DNA of 63,980 bases, counting the filler, from Lama guanicoe (lineage: Eukaryota), in assembly GCA_013239625.1 (NCBI GenBank). It is 81 parts of 79 records of this genome, joined end to end, with 100 filler letters (N's around TTAATTAATTAA, not from the genome) between each part and the next. Parts side by side here need not be neighbours in the genome. Positions count along the whole stretch, not along the records: positions 25,828 to 26,634 come from PNXV01012911.1; positions 26,735 to 27,212 come from PNXV01012912.1; positions 27,313 to 28,130 come from MU055326.1; positions 28,231 to 29,054 come from PNXV01012915.1; positions 29,155 to 30,233 come from MU055327.1; positions 30,334 to 30,950 come from MU055328.1; positions 31,051 to 31,738 come from MU055330.1; positions 31,839 to 32,063 come from MU055330.1; 73 more parts are not named here. One strand, 5' to 3'. The position numbers and the translations under genes are program-made. Under the pieces are notes generated by a model. That model saw only the letters and a program-made list of their open reading frames with translations. It had not been told where the DNA came from and ran no database searches. Below are positions 26,160-38,215 of the stretch, one piece after another; the first letter of the stretch is position 1; each line of letters begins with the position of its first letter.

Positions 26160-26455
26160 GTGGGCAGGCCCAAAAAGCCAACTATCATAAAGTTTCATTG
26201 AAAGGGAACACCCAGGAAAGGTAAAGACATGCAGAGAGAAAGAGGACTTGGGGTTGTCAGGGGCTGGGTGAGGAGGGATGGGAGTGCGCTCTCTGGATCC
26301 ATGGTTTCACTTTGAGGAAAGAAATAGTGTGAAACTAGATGTTAGTGATGGTTGCACAACATTGTGAATGCCCCTAATTCTCCTGAATTGCACAATTTAA
26401 AAGGGGAAAAAGGGGGACTATATTTTATTACATGAAACTCTAAAAAGAAAAATAA
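26160..26455 (+). mobile_element. Old L1M 3' UTR fragment
   Basis: gggttgtcaggggctggg, gtgatggttgcacaacattgtgaatg, ctgaattgcacaatttaaaagg, A-rich end. Confidence 0.75.
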
Positions 26456-26734
26456 AGGACGCCATAAATGATGTGAAACAAACAAAGGAAACTAAAGAAA
26501 ACCAAACAAAAACATCTCCAGCGGAAGGGAAGTCAAAATTGGGGGGGGCTGACGGTGAGATTTTGGAGAACATTTTGGAGAAGATGGTGTGGGTGGGTGC
26601 AGAGGGGTCTCTGCCCCAGGTGGTGGTGATGCCTNNNNNNNNNNNNNNNNNNNNNNNNNNNNNNNNNNNNNNNNNNNNTTAATTAATTAANNNNNNNNNN
26701 NNNNNNNNNNNNNNNNNNNNNNNNNNNNNNNNNN

Positions 26735-27212
26735 TTTATATTCTATATTCTGTGTTCTACATTCAATTATTTAATTGTTTATATAGTGTTCTGTATACTA
26801 TATTCTAAACTCTGTATTCTGCATTCCATGTTCTAAATTCTGGGTTCTATATTCTGTATTCTATATTCTATATTCTGTGTTCTACATTCTATATTCTAAA
26901 TTCTATATTCAGTATTCTGTATTCTATATTCTACTGTGTTCTACATTCTATATTCTAAATTCTATATTCAATATTCTGTATTCTATTTTCTATATTCTGT
27001 GTTCTACATTCTATATTGTAAATTCTATATTCAGCTTTCTCTATTCTATATTCTAAATTTTGTGTTTTTAATTCTATATTCTACAATCTATATTCTGTAT
27101 TAGGTATTCTATATTCTATATTCTGTGTTATGCATTCAATTTTCTAAATTCTATATTCAGAAATCTGTATTCTATATTCTTAATTCTGTGTTCTGCCTTC
27201 CATGTTCTAAAT
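26735..27212 (+). repeat. Heptamer-based AT-rich satellite
   Basis: 7-nt periodicity, same unit set. Confidence 0.95.
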
Positions 27213-28230
27213 NNNNNNNNNNNNNNNNNNNNNNNNNNNNNNNNNNNNNNNNNNNNTTAATTAATTAANNNNNNNNNNNNNNNNNNNNNNNNNNNNNNNN
27301 NNNNNNNNNNNNCGTCCCGACCCTTCTTTCTGTAGAATATCAGAAGCAAAACCAGAAGTACTTTCCTGAAGGTCACATTCTGATGACACCCTTCACTGTC
27401 TACTATGTCAGTTCTAGAAAAACCCAAATTCTTCCAAAGCCCTACACCCCGGACACTCTCCAGTGTCCTCCCCAGCAGGGGCTCCCTCCACCCTGGACCA
27501 CACAGTGCACTCTCCCCGAGTCCCCACAACAAAAGCCTGCAGGCCTCTGCCCTGGCTGCACCTGTGACCTGAGCCACATTCTTGACTCCTTCTCCTGGCT
27601 GACTCTTACTCTGTCCTCACAACTGAATGTAGAGCCCATTTCTTTCAGGAAGTCCTCTCTGATAATGTCCTTTAGGTCTTGGCTGAGCTCTATGTATAGC
27701 AGCAGTACATGGTGATCAACTGGGACTTTGCCCGCTACGTTGAGACCACGAAATCTTGGGGGCCACGTGGGAAGGAGTGAGAGATTACAAGAGAGGTGGG
27801 GAAAGCAAAAANNNNNNNNNNNNNNNNNNNNNNNNNNNNNNNNNNNNNNNNNNNNNNNNNNNNNNNNNNNNNNNNNNNNNNNNNNNNNNNNNNNNNNNNN
27901 NNNNNNTTGTGGCTTGAGCAAGAACTTGGTGTTCTAGTCCAAAGCCCAGATTACATGCAAATAAATGTATATATTCATATCCAAAGGAAACCAGAGCTGC
28001 TCAACAACAGTTTGCAGTTAGAATTGAAAGGAACTTTGATAAAGGCAATCTCTCTTTTTCTCTCTCTTCTTTCTTTTCAATCATCATATAATTTTAGAAG
28101 TATTTGCGTGACTAAGAGGTGGCTACAGACNNNNNNNNNNNNNNNNNNNNNNNNNNNNNNNNNNNNNNNNNNNNTTAATTAATTAANNNNNNNNNNNNNN
28201 NNNNNNNNNNNNNNNNNNNNNNNNNNNNNN

Positions 28231-29054
28231 TTGTATTTCTTTTATTATTAAATATGATTTATTTATTTATTTATTCATTCATTCATTTATTTATTTACTT
28301 ATTTACTTATTTATTCATTTATTTATCATTGAAGTACTGTCATTTACAATGTGTCAATCTATGGTGTATAGCACAGTGTCCCGCTTCATGCATATATTTG
28401 TGTGCCTATTAAAGGAAACTTCATGATATTTACATACTGCCCAGTGTCATACAAAAGGCATTTTGAAATAATCTATTTTTATATATAGTGGATAACATTT
28501 ATAACCCTACAGCTTCCAAATATATCCTCTCCTATGCCTTGTCTGCAGTAACCATAGAGTATTAAGTAGATCTGCAAGTGTGTTTTAGTTTTGTAGATGA
28601 AATCATAGTGTTATCCGAATTGTTTTTTAAATGTTCTACATATGCCATGTCATGCATTATATTTCTTTCTCTTTCTGGCTTACTTCATTTAGAATGTCAC
28701 TTTTTGGGGACATCCATTTTGCTGCAAATGTCATTGTTTTATCTTTTTTATGGCAGAATATAAAACCATTGTGTAAATATGGCATAAATTCTGTATACTG
28801 TCATCTGTTGATGGACAATTGGAGTGTTTCCATGTCGTGACTTTTGTATATAGCACTGCTAAAGTCATAGGGGAGCAGGTGACATTTTGAATTATGGTTC
28901 TCTCTGATATATACCCAAATTTGGGATTGCTGGATCATATGTTAAGTCTAGTTTTATTCTTTTTATTAATCCCCATCCTGTTTTCCACAATGACTGCACC
29001 AAACAACATTCCTACCAATAGTGTAGAAGTGTTCCCTTTCTCCACAGCTTCCCC
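28231..29054 (-). mobile_element. LINE-1 3' end (ORF2 end, 3' UTR, TAAA/TGAA-type tail)
   Basis: catccattttgctgcaaatgtcatt, gggattgctggatcatatg; (TTTA/TTCA)n at ~28258-28325 is the degraded tail. Confidence 0.88.
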
Positions 29055-29154
29055 NNNNNNNNNNNNNNNNNNNNNNNNNNNNNNNNNNNNNNNNNNNNTT
29101 AATTAATTAANNNNNNNNNNNNNNNNNNNNNNNNNNNNNNNNNNNNNNNNNNNN

Positions 29155-30117
29155 AAGAAAAAAACAAACAACCCAATCCAAACATGGGCAGAAGACCTAA
29201 ACAGGCAATTCTCCAAGAAAGAAATATGAATGATCAATAGGCACATGAAAAAATGTTCAATATCACTAATTATCAGAGAAATGCAAATCAAAACTACAAT
29301 GAGGTATCACCTCACACCAGTCAGAATGGCCATCATTCAAAAATCCACAAATGACAAATGCTGAAGAGGCTGTGGAGTAAAGGGAACCCTCCTACANNNN
29401 NNNNNNNNNNNNNNNNNNNNNNNNNNNNNNNNNNNNNNNNNNNNNNNNNNNNNNNNNNNNNNNNNNNNNNNNNNNNNNNNNNNNNNNNNNNNNNNNNNNN
29501 NNNNNNNNNNNNNNNNNNNNNNNNNNNNNNNNNNNNNNNNNNNNNNNNNNNNNNNNNNNNNNNNNNNNNNNNNNNNNNNNNNNNNNNNNNNNNNNNNNNN
29601 NNNNNNNNNNNNNNNNNNNNNNNNNNNNNNNNNNNNNNNNNNNNNNNNNNNNNNNNNNNNNNNNNNNNNNNNNNNNNNNNNNNNNNNNNNNNNNNNNNNN
29701 NNNNNNNNNNNNNNNNNNNNNNNNNNNNNNNNNNNNNNNNNNNNNNNNNNNNNNNNNNNNNNNNNNNNNNNNNNNNNNNNNAAAAAAAAAAAAGAACATA
29801 AATGCAAAACAGAAACAGACTCATAGATATAGAATACAAACCTGTGGTTGCCAGGGGAGAGGGGGGTGTGAAGGTACAGACTAGGCAATCAAAATTTGTA
29901 GATAGTGACAGGCATATGTAGAACAAATAAACAAGATTATACTGTATTGCACAGGGAAATACATACAAGATCTTATGGTAGCTCACAGAGAAAAAAAATG
30001 TGACAATGAATATATATATGTTCATGTATAACTGAAAAATTGTGCTCTACACTGGAATTTGACACAACATTGTAAAATGATTATAACTCAATAAAAAACG
30101 TTTTAAAAAAAGAAAAA
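29155..30117 (+). mobile_element. LINE-1 3' end with poly(A)-like tail
   Basis: atgcaaatcaaaactacaatgaggtatcacctcacaccagtcagaatggccatcatt; 3' UTR ending aactcaataaaaaacgttttaaaaaaagaaaaag. Confidence 0.92.
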
Positions 30118-30333
30118 GTAATACATAATAGAACAAAGTTAAATGTGATTAAATGGCAAGGGAGAAGAATGCATGTTATTCTTTCAGTTTTTATATAATA
30201 TAATACAATAAAATATGATTTGTGTTTCCAAGANNNNNNNNNNNNNNNNNNNNNNNNNNNNNNNNNNNNNNNNNNNNTTAATTAATTAANNNNNNNNNNN
30301 NNNNNNNNNNNNNNNNNNNNNNNNNNNNNNNNN

Positions 30334-30950
30334 GAATATAGAACCCAGAATTTAGAACATGGAATGCAGAACACACAATTTATAATATAGAATACAGATT
30401 ACTGAATATAGAATTTAGAACTTAGAATGTAGAACACAGAATTTAGAATATAGAATACAGAATACTGAATATAGAAGTTAGAATATAGTATGAAGAACAC
30501 AGAATATATAATATAGACTACGGAATGCAGAATACAGTATATACAATGCAGAAAAATGAGCACAAAATATAGAATACAGAATATAGAACCCAGAATTCAG
30601 AACATGGAATGTAGAANNNNNNNNNNNNNNNNNNNNNNNNNNNNNATACAGAATACATAATATCGAATTTAGAAAATAGAATGCAGAACACAGAATATGG
30701 AATGTAGAATACGGAATGCAGAATATTGAATACAGAATATAGAATCTAGAACACAGAATGTAGAATATGAAAAACAGAATATAGAACCCAGAATTTTGAA
30801 CATGGAATGCAGGAAACAGAATTTAGAATATAGAATACAGAATACTGAATATAGAATTTAGAATACAGAATGAAGAACACAGAATTTAGAATATAGAGTA
30901 TAGAATACTAAATATGGAATTTAGAATATACAATATAGAACACAGAATAT
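30334..30950 (-). repeat. Heptamer-based AT-rich satellite (GAATATA orientation)
   Basis: 7-nt periodicity. Confidence 0.95.
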
Positions 30951-31310
30951 NNNNNNNNNNNNNNNNNNNNNNNNNNNNNNNNNNNNNNNNNNNNTTAATT
31001 AATTAANNNNNNNNNNNNNNNNNNNNNNNNNNNNNNNNNNNNNNNNNNNNGGGCCTGAGCACAACCCAAAGGCCCGGCATCTGCATTCCCTGTGCAGCCG
31101 TGCCAACTCACCCACCATGTAGCACTACATGTGCCGTGTGCAGACAGGGATGCTGATTCCGTACAACCCGGGGCTCGTCTCACTCAAACAATGATCACCC
31201 TCTTCAATGCTGACTCTCAGAAAAATGTTTTCTCAGGATGAATCAATATCTTTTTCCTTGCAACTTCCCATCATTGATAATGAGCTCCCCACAAAAGAGA
31301 GAAGACTTAA

Positions 31311-31430
31311 TCCTCAGTCTCCTTATCTGTAAAGTGTGAATAACAAGGAAATATGAGAGGTTTTAAGAGAAATAATTTTCATGTGAGGCTGAGGGACAAT
31401 TCCCAACATACAGTAAGCACTCAATATGTG
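31311..31430 (+). mobile_element. MIR SINE remnant
   Basis: cctcagtctccttatctgtaaagtgtgaataa core and catacagtaagcactcaata tail. Confidence 0.6.
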
Positions 31431-31838
31431 CTTACTTAATATTAATAAGAATAGATTCCATTCCAGCAACCTTCAATCAATGCTTTATGGCTTTGTCCAA
31501 AAGACCACCAACAAACTGTTGGGCAAACCGCTTTGAGGAGATCAGCACAAGCGTACTGGGAGAGGTAAGCGCTGACTCCATTTACAGCTGCAGCCAACCA
31601 GTACTACGGGATTCCTCAAAAGAAACATAAATCTTTAAAGATTTATGTAAATTAGGTTTCAAGTACAACACACACACTAGAAATCATTTGAAAATTTTAC
31701 TCTTAGATCCTCCGCACATCAAAAGGTCATGTCATGTTNNNNNNNNNNNNNNNNNNNNNNNNNNNNNNNNNNNNNNNNNNNNTTAATTAATTAANNNNNN
31801 NNNNNNNNNNNNNNNNNNNNNNNNNNNNNNNNNNNNNN

Positions 31839-32063
31839 CACAATTGGCAATAAGCATATGAAAAGATGCTCAACATCACTAGCGAAATCTAAATCAAAAT
31901 GAGATCTCATTTTACACTCACTAGGATGGTTATAATCAAACCATGGACAATAACAAGTGTCGGTCAGGAGGCAGAGAAATAGGAACCCTCAATACGCAGC
32001 CATTGGAAGGGAGTAATGGTGCAGCTTCTTTGGAAAAGCCTGGTGTTTCCTCAAAAGTTTAGA
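31839..32063 (+). mobile_element. Old LINE-1 ORF2 3' fragment, paralog of ~9274-9490
   Basis: aataagcatatgaaaagatgctcaacatcactagc; aligns to the reverse complement of 9274-9490. Confidence 0.85.
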
Positions 32064-32163
32064 NNNNNNNNNNNNNNNNNNNNNNNNNNNNNNNNNNNNN
32101 NNNNNNNTTAATTAATTAANNNNNNNNNNNNNNNNNNNNNNNNNNNNNNNNNNNNNNNNNNNN

Positions 32164-32592
32164 GACACTCTAGGCTGCACTCCCAGGTAGATAGGGACAC
32201 ACACACACTCTACGCAGCACTCCCAGGTAGACAGGCAGGGAGAGAGTCACACAGAGACAGTCTAGGCTGCTATCCCAGGTAGACAGGCACACAGAGTCAC
32301 TCCTGGCAGCAGTCCCAGTTAGACAGGCACACAGAGACACTGTAGGCTGCACTCCCAGGTAGACAGGCAGGAGAGAGTCACACAGAGACACTCTAGGCTG
32401 CTCTCCCAGGTAGACAGGCACACAGAGGCACTCTAGGCAGCACTGCCAGGTAGACACGCACACAAACACTCTAGGCTGCACTCTCAGATAGACAGGCACA
32501 CAAAGACACTGTAGGATGCACTCTCAGGTAGACAAGCAGAGAGAGAGGCACACACAGACACTGTAGGCAGCACTCCCAGGTAGACAGGCACA
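32164..32592 (+). repeat. 40-bp minisatellite/satellite with 51-52-bp variant units
   Basis: Unit cactctaggctgcactcccaggtagacaggcacacagaga; spacing 40,52,40,40,51,40,38,40,52. Confidence 0.93.
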
Positions 32593-32849
32593 NNNNNNNN
32601 NNNNNNNNNNNNNNNNNNNNNNNNNNNNNNNNNNNNTTAATTAATTAANNNNNNNNNNNNNNNNNNNNNNNNNNNNNNNNNNNNNNNNNNNNCTCCTCCC
32701 ACCCACACCCCGTCATCAGCCCTGCCAAGGGAACCGGAGGGACTGTACCCATCAGTAAACCAGCAACACATAGAGATCTGGTAGAATTAAACACAAATTC
32801 ACTCTTATCCAAAACATTTTATTAACTACAAACTATTTAAATATTCCAA

Positions 32850-33379
32850 ATAAACACAGATTATCAAACTGGAAGAATGCAAAATAAAACTTTATGCTGT
32901 CTGTGAAAAAGCCAAATTAAATATCTTTAATACAAAGAAAAAAGTTCGATTATAAGTAAAATATTGGTTAAAGAGGTCATATACCACACGACCAGTAATC
33001 ATAACAAAGGTAGAGTGGTTACATTAGTATCATACCACATAAGCTTAAGGGAGAGGAATATTATTAAGTATAAAGAAGAACACCAATCAATTAACATTAA
33101 GACATAGGAATCCTGGATGTCTATATATTCAACAATCAAACTTCAAATACATAAGCAAAGAGTTGACAGAACTTNNNNNNNNNNNNNNNNNNNNNNNNNN
33201 NNNNNNNNNNNNNNNNNNNNNNNNNNNNNNNNNNNNNNNNNNNNNNNNNNNNCACAACACCATCACTTGACCTACTGTATAAAATTCTAAAGCATATATA
33301 AAAAAATTATCAGAACTGAAAAATGAGTAAATCAAGAGAATTTTATTTTTATATGCTAACAATAACAAAATGGAATGGA
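32850..33379 (+). mobile_element. Ancient LINE-1 ORF2 endonuclease-region remnant
   Basis: actttatgctgtctgtgaaaaagcc, aaaggtagagtggttacattagtatca, cttcaaatacataagcaaagagttgacagaac. Confidence 0.65.
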
Positions 33380-33479
33380 NNNNNNNNNNNNNNNNNNNNN
33401 NNNNNNNNNNNNNNNNNNNNNNNTTAATTAATTAANNNNNNNNNNNNNNNNNNNNNNNNNNNNNNNNNNNNNNNNNNNN

Positions 33480-34291
33480 AAATTCTGTGTTCTGCATTCC
33501 ATGTTCTAAATTCTCTATTCTATATTTTATATTCTGTGATAAACTTTCTATATTCTGAATTTTATTCAGTACTCTGTATTCTATATTGTATATTCTGTGT
33601 TCTGCATTCCATGTTCTCAATTCTATATTCAGTAATCTGTATTCTATATTCTTAATTCTGTGTTCTGCATTCCATGTTCTAAATTCTGTTTTCTGTATTC
33701 TTTNNNNNNNNNNNNNNNNNNNNNNNNNNNNNNNNNNNNNNNNNNNNNNNNNNNNNNNNNNNNNNNNNNNNNNNNNNNNNNNNNNNNATATTCTAAATTC
33801 TATATTCAGTATTCCGTATGCTATATTCTAAATTCTGTGTTCTCCTTTCCATGTTTTTAATTCTGGATTCTATATTCACTATTCTACATTCTATATTCTG
33901 TGTTCTACATTCTATATTCTAAATTCTATATTCAGTATTCTTTATTCTATATTCTAAATTCTGTGTTCTACATTCTATATTCTAAATTGTATATTCAGTA
34001 TTCAGTATTCTATATTCGAAATTCTGAGTTCTGATTTCCATGTTCCAAAATCTGGCTAAAATATTCTCTAAGCTGTATTTTTTATTCTGTTTTTTACATT
34101 CTATATTCTAAATTATATTTTCAGTATTATGTATTCTATATTCTATATTCCGTGTTCTACATTCAATTATTTTTAATTGTTCATTAAGTATTCTGTATAC
34201 TATAATCTAAATTCTGTGTTATGCATTCCATGTTGTAAATTTTGGGTTCGATATCCTGTTTTCTATATTCTATATTCTGTGTTCTACATTG
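33480..34291 (+). repeat. Heptamer-based AT-rich satellite
   Basis: 7-nt periodicity. Confidence 0.95.
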
Positions 34292-35067
34292 NNNNNNNNN
34301 NNNNNNNNNNNNNNNNNNNNNNNNNNNNNNNNNNNTTAATTAATTAANNNNNNNNNNNNNNNNNNNNNNNNNNNNNNNNNNNNNNNNNNNNTCTAGTCAG
34401 ACTTTCCTTTCTCTGGATGCTTGTGGGAGATCAGGGAAAGACTATGACTGAATTTCATCAGTACCCTAATGCCTTCTGAAATATGCAATACGTTGTGTCT
34501 GATTTTTAGTTTGTGCCTAAAATACTCATCAATCAATGTCTGCTATTAGTCAGCAGAATCCTTCTGGGAAATCTGGTGAAAATCTCAATTCCACTATGTT
34601 CCACATTCTCCACCAAGCTTCAGCTCCTTCCAGTATTTGTTCCACTTTCCCTGAATTGGTGGACAGTGACAGAATGTCCTGAAATATTCGCTCAGCTCCA
34701 NNNNNNNNNNNNNNNNNNNNNNNNNNNNNNNNNNNNNNNNNNNNNNNNNNNNNNNNNNNNNNNNNNNNNNNNNNNNNNNNNNNNNNNNNNNNNNNNNNNN
34801 NNNNNNNNNNNNNNNNNNNNNNNNNNNNNNNNNNNNNNNNNNNNNNNNNNNNNNNNNNNNNNNNNNNNNNNNNNNNNNNNNNNNNNNNNNNNNNNNNNNN
34901 NNNNNNNNNNNNNNNNNNNNNNNNNNNNNNNNNNNNNNNNNNNNNNNNNNNNNNNNNNNNNNNNNNNNNNNNNNNNNNNNNNNNNNNNNNNNNNNNNNNN
35001 NNNNNNNNNNNNNNNNNNNNNNNNNNNNNNNNNNNNNNNNNNNNNNNNNNNNNNNNNNNNNNNNNNN

Positions 35068-35272
35068 GTTCTGCTACAAAATAGGCTTTGCGTTGGATGG
35101 TTTTGTCCAACTGTAGGCTAGTGTGTGTGTTCTGAGCATGGGTAGACTAGGCTAAGTTATGACATTTGGTAGGTAGGTTAGGTGTATCAAATGCATTTTC
35201 AGCTTAATTATATTTTCAACTTAATTATGAGTTTTTTGGGACATAATCCTATCCTAAGTTGAGAAAAATCTG
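35068..35272. mobile_element. TcMar-Tigger element end (MER47/Tigger5-like)
   Basis: aataggctttgcgttggatggttttgtccaactgtaggct ... cctaagttgagaaaaatctg followed by TA. Confidence 0.75.
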
Positions 35273-35384
35273 TATTATTTTTTGNNNNNNNNNNNNNNNN
35301 NNNNNNNNNNNNNNNNNNNNNNNNNNNNTTAATTAATTAANNNNNNNNNNNNNNNNNNNNNNNNNNNNNNNNNNNNNNNNNNNN

Positions 35385-36435
35385 AGAAAAGCAGCAAGAT
35401 GAAATGGAAAGAAGGAAACCATTATTGGAAATGAAAGAATAGCATGAGTGGCAAAGAGAAACAAGAAGAAAGCAAGGAGGACATCAAAACCCTAAAGATG
35501 GGAGAGGGAAGCAGGAAATCATAGGTGATTGGAAGCACTATCTTAAATGAATCAGCTTATTTGACTCTCTGTTTGAAGCGAAAGGAGAGATGCATGGCCT
35601 GACGTCTTTGCAAAACAAGCGAGAAGAAGACCAACCAAGAATCAAGCCAACAAACAACCCTTAAAAGGAACGGTTAGCTGACATATAACAAGGGAAACAT
35701 GATTAATCAAAAGAAAATACTTAAGGTGATGTCAAGGTTCATTCAGCACGCATCGACCCTGTATCGCGGCTTGCATGTACTCAGCACACTTGTATTCTGA
35801 AATCAGAGGCGAGCATTCATATTCGTAAATATTGATTCATAAGAGCATATCGTGACCCCACCCAAATGCCGATTTCGAATCCAATGGATTCCTTGTCCGT
35901 GATGTAGACTTGTATGTATTCCAACAGGATGAAGTAATGCCATATTCTACGCTACGTAGAGAAGAAATTTAAGAAGCCTATAACAAAGGCAAGTAGCTCT
36001 GCCAAAGTGTACTAAGAGCAAAAGANNNNNNNNNNNNNNNNNNNNNNNNNNNNNNNNNNNNNNNNNNNNNNNNNNNNNNNNNNNNNNNNNNNNNNNNNNN
36101 NNNNNNNNNNNNNNNNNNNNNNNNNNNNNNNNNNNNNNNNNNNNNNNNNNNNNNNNNNNNNNNNNNNNNNNNNNNNNNNNNNNNNNNNNNNNNNNNNNNN
36201 NNNNNNNNNNNNNNNNNNNNNNNNNNNNNNNNNNNNNNNNNNNNNNNNNNNNNNNNNNNNNNNNNNNNNNNNNNNNNNNNNNNNNNNNNNNNNNNNNNNN
36301 NNNNNNNNNNNNNNNNNNNNNNNNNNNNNNNNNNNNNNNNNNNNNNNNNNNNNNACCTCTCGTCTAGCCCCTCCGCCAACACTGAGAAAATGCAGCAGAC
36401 ATTGGGGATGACAATTACCCGTTGGATTCCAGGTG
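35385..36435 (+). repeat. Complex multi-copy repeat, segment A (start resembles the L1 inter-ORF region)
   Basis: Paralogous to reverse complements of 59965-60371 and 47634-47730. Confidence 0.85.
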
Positions 36436-36535
36436 NNNNNNNNNNNNNNNNNNNNNNNNNNNNNNNNNNNNNNNNNNNNTTAATTAATTAANNNNNNNNN
36501 NNNNNNNNNNNNNNNNNNNNNNNNNNNNNNNNNNN

Positions 36536-37149
36536 GGAAAGTGGGGGTTGGGCTCTAAAACAAGTATTAGCGAGAGCCTATCCAAGGGATGTGTGTTTTT
36601 AACTTACAACTCACAACCATGGAATAAATGTCCCCCCTGAAAGATGCTTTGACGGTTTCCCTACATCCAGCACACACTCGAATTTTTGTTCTGGAATTCT
36701 GAGTGTGGGGAGGTTCCTCAAACTGACATCAGCACCTGGGTTCTATTAGTATCCCTTAGCTTCTGTTCCCTGAGTGTTCCTTTAGGCCAGGCCATGAGGG
36801 AAAGCTGGGGGATGGTCTTGGAGGCCAATAGCAGTGAGTGCCCCCTGATCCATTGAGGAAGTACTTAGAGGACTTCTCCCTAAACGGAACACCTTTTCCT
36901 CCATTCATCTGGGTGGAGTGGGGCTGCACATCTCTCCCACACCTAAGAATGTCTTCTGGAATTCTGAGTGCAGGGAAGTTCCTCCAACTGGCAGCAGCGC
37001 CTGGGTTCTAATTGAATCCCTTTGCTTGTCTTCCCTGATGGAATGCCTAGGAGGGAGTGCGGGGTCAGTGTGGTTTGGGCTCTGAAACCACGTATTTGCT
37101 ATGACCTCTCTATGGTTTTTTGAGGTGTTTAAACTACATCCCTAACCTG
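36536..37149 (-). repeat. Diverged ~265-bp satellite with ~527-bp dimer structure, related to the 267-bp satellite
   Basis: ctggaattctgagtg at 36691 and 36956 (265); gtggxxxttgggctct block at ~36541 and ~37068 (~527); collinear with the reverse complement of the 58976-59864 monomer. Confidence 0.8.
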
Positions 37150-37249
37150 NNNNNNNNNNNNNNNNNNNNNNNNNNNNNNNNNNNNNNNNNNNNTTAATTA
37201 ATTAANNNNNNNNNNNNNNNNNNNNNNNNNNNNNNNNNNNNNNNNNNNN

Positions 37250-38115
37250 AGTTGGAGGCTGGCAATCTGTAATTTCTTTTTCTTTTTTGCCTTTTCTTTA
37301 TTTTTTTTATTTTTTTTAAGTTCTATTCCCCATTCAAAGGCCGGGTTGTCACAATAAAATTGCTAGTAGGTTTTCCCGCAGGGACAACTCTATGGCATGA
37401 AGTCTTTGCCTCTGCCACACCTGCAAGTTTCTCAGTCATCCGAGAAAGCTGTTACCAGCCAGGAGGAGGGTCCCATTTTGGGGGTTGAAATGTTCCTAAT
37501 AAGAGTTCTACTTTTATCCCGAAAAATTCAATGGAGGTAACCAAATTGAGGAAAGCATTAGACCAGCCTCTTACCTAACCACTCAGTGCTGACTCCAGTG
37601 TCTTTTAACATGGACCCACTCNNNNNNNNNNNTTTCCTGGTATCTTTCAACCAGCCCCACCTTGGACGTCTCCTCAAGGTGGGTTTTTCCCGTTATCTTT
37701 CAACCAGGCCCCACCCAGTATGCCTCCACTGGGTGGGTAATTCCCCCCAGTTTCTTTCAACTGGAGGGCCAGGTACCTGGATACACCACCTAATAAAACT
37801 CAGGATTATCAACCAATATGGGAGATCCGAGAACCAGTATAGACTCACCCAAATTCATCTGGACCCCCCGAGGAGGCGGATGGGCACAAAGGGCCTCTGC
37901 TAGTACCAAGGCTCCGGTTGCTCGGAGAGTTCAGCTGGAGAGAAGTCTGCTGTGGGTCCCTTCATGGTGTCCAAAACTGTTGACTGAAATACATGTGCAG
38001 TCTAAAAGTTAAGACTATGTTTTATTTGGCGGGAGGACAAAAGCCGGGATGATAGTCTCTCAGATGGCTCTGAGGGACTGCTATGAAGAGGTTGGGGTGG
38101 AGCTAGGATATATAG
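37250..38115 (-). mobile_element. ERV1-class provirus 5' end: 3' part of 5' LTR (37978-38115), PBS and leader
   Basis: Minus strand: TATA-like ctatatatcc, AATAAA (38021-38026), LTR end gtcaaCA, then PBS. Confidence 0.75.
37956..37973 (-). promoter_or_regulatory. Retroviral primer-binding site, tRNA-Arg-like
   Basis: TGGACACCATGAAGGGAC, 4 nt after the LTR end; 15/18 match to TGGCGACCACGAAGGGAC (complement of a tRNA-Arg(TCG) 3' end, recalled). Confidence 0.65.
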
Positions 38116-38215
38116 NNNNNNNNNNNNNNNNNNNNNNNNNNNNNNNNNNNNNNNNNNNNTTAATTAATTAANNNNNNNNNNNNNNNNNNNNNNNNNNNNN
38201 NNNNNNNNNNNNNNN

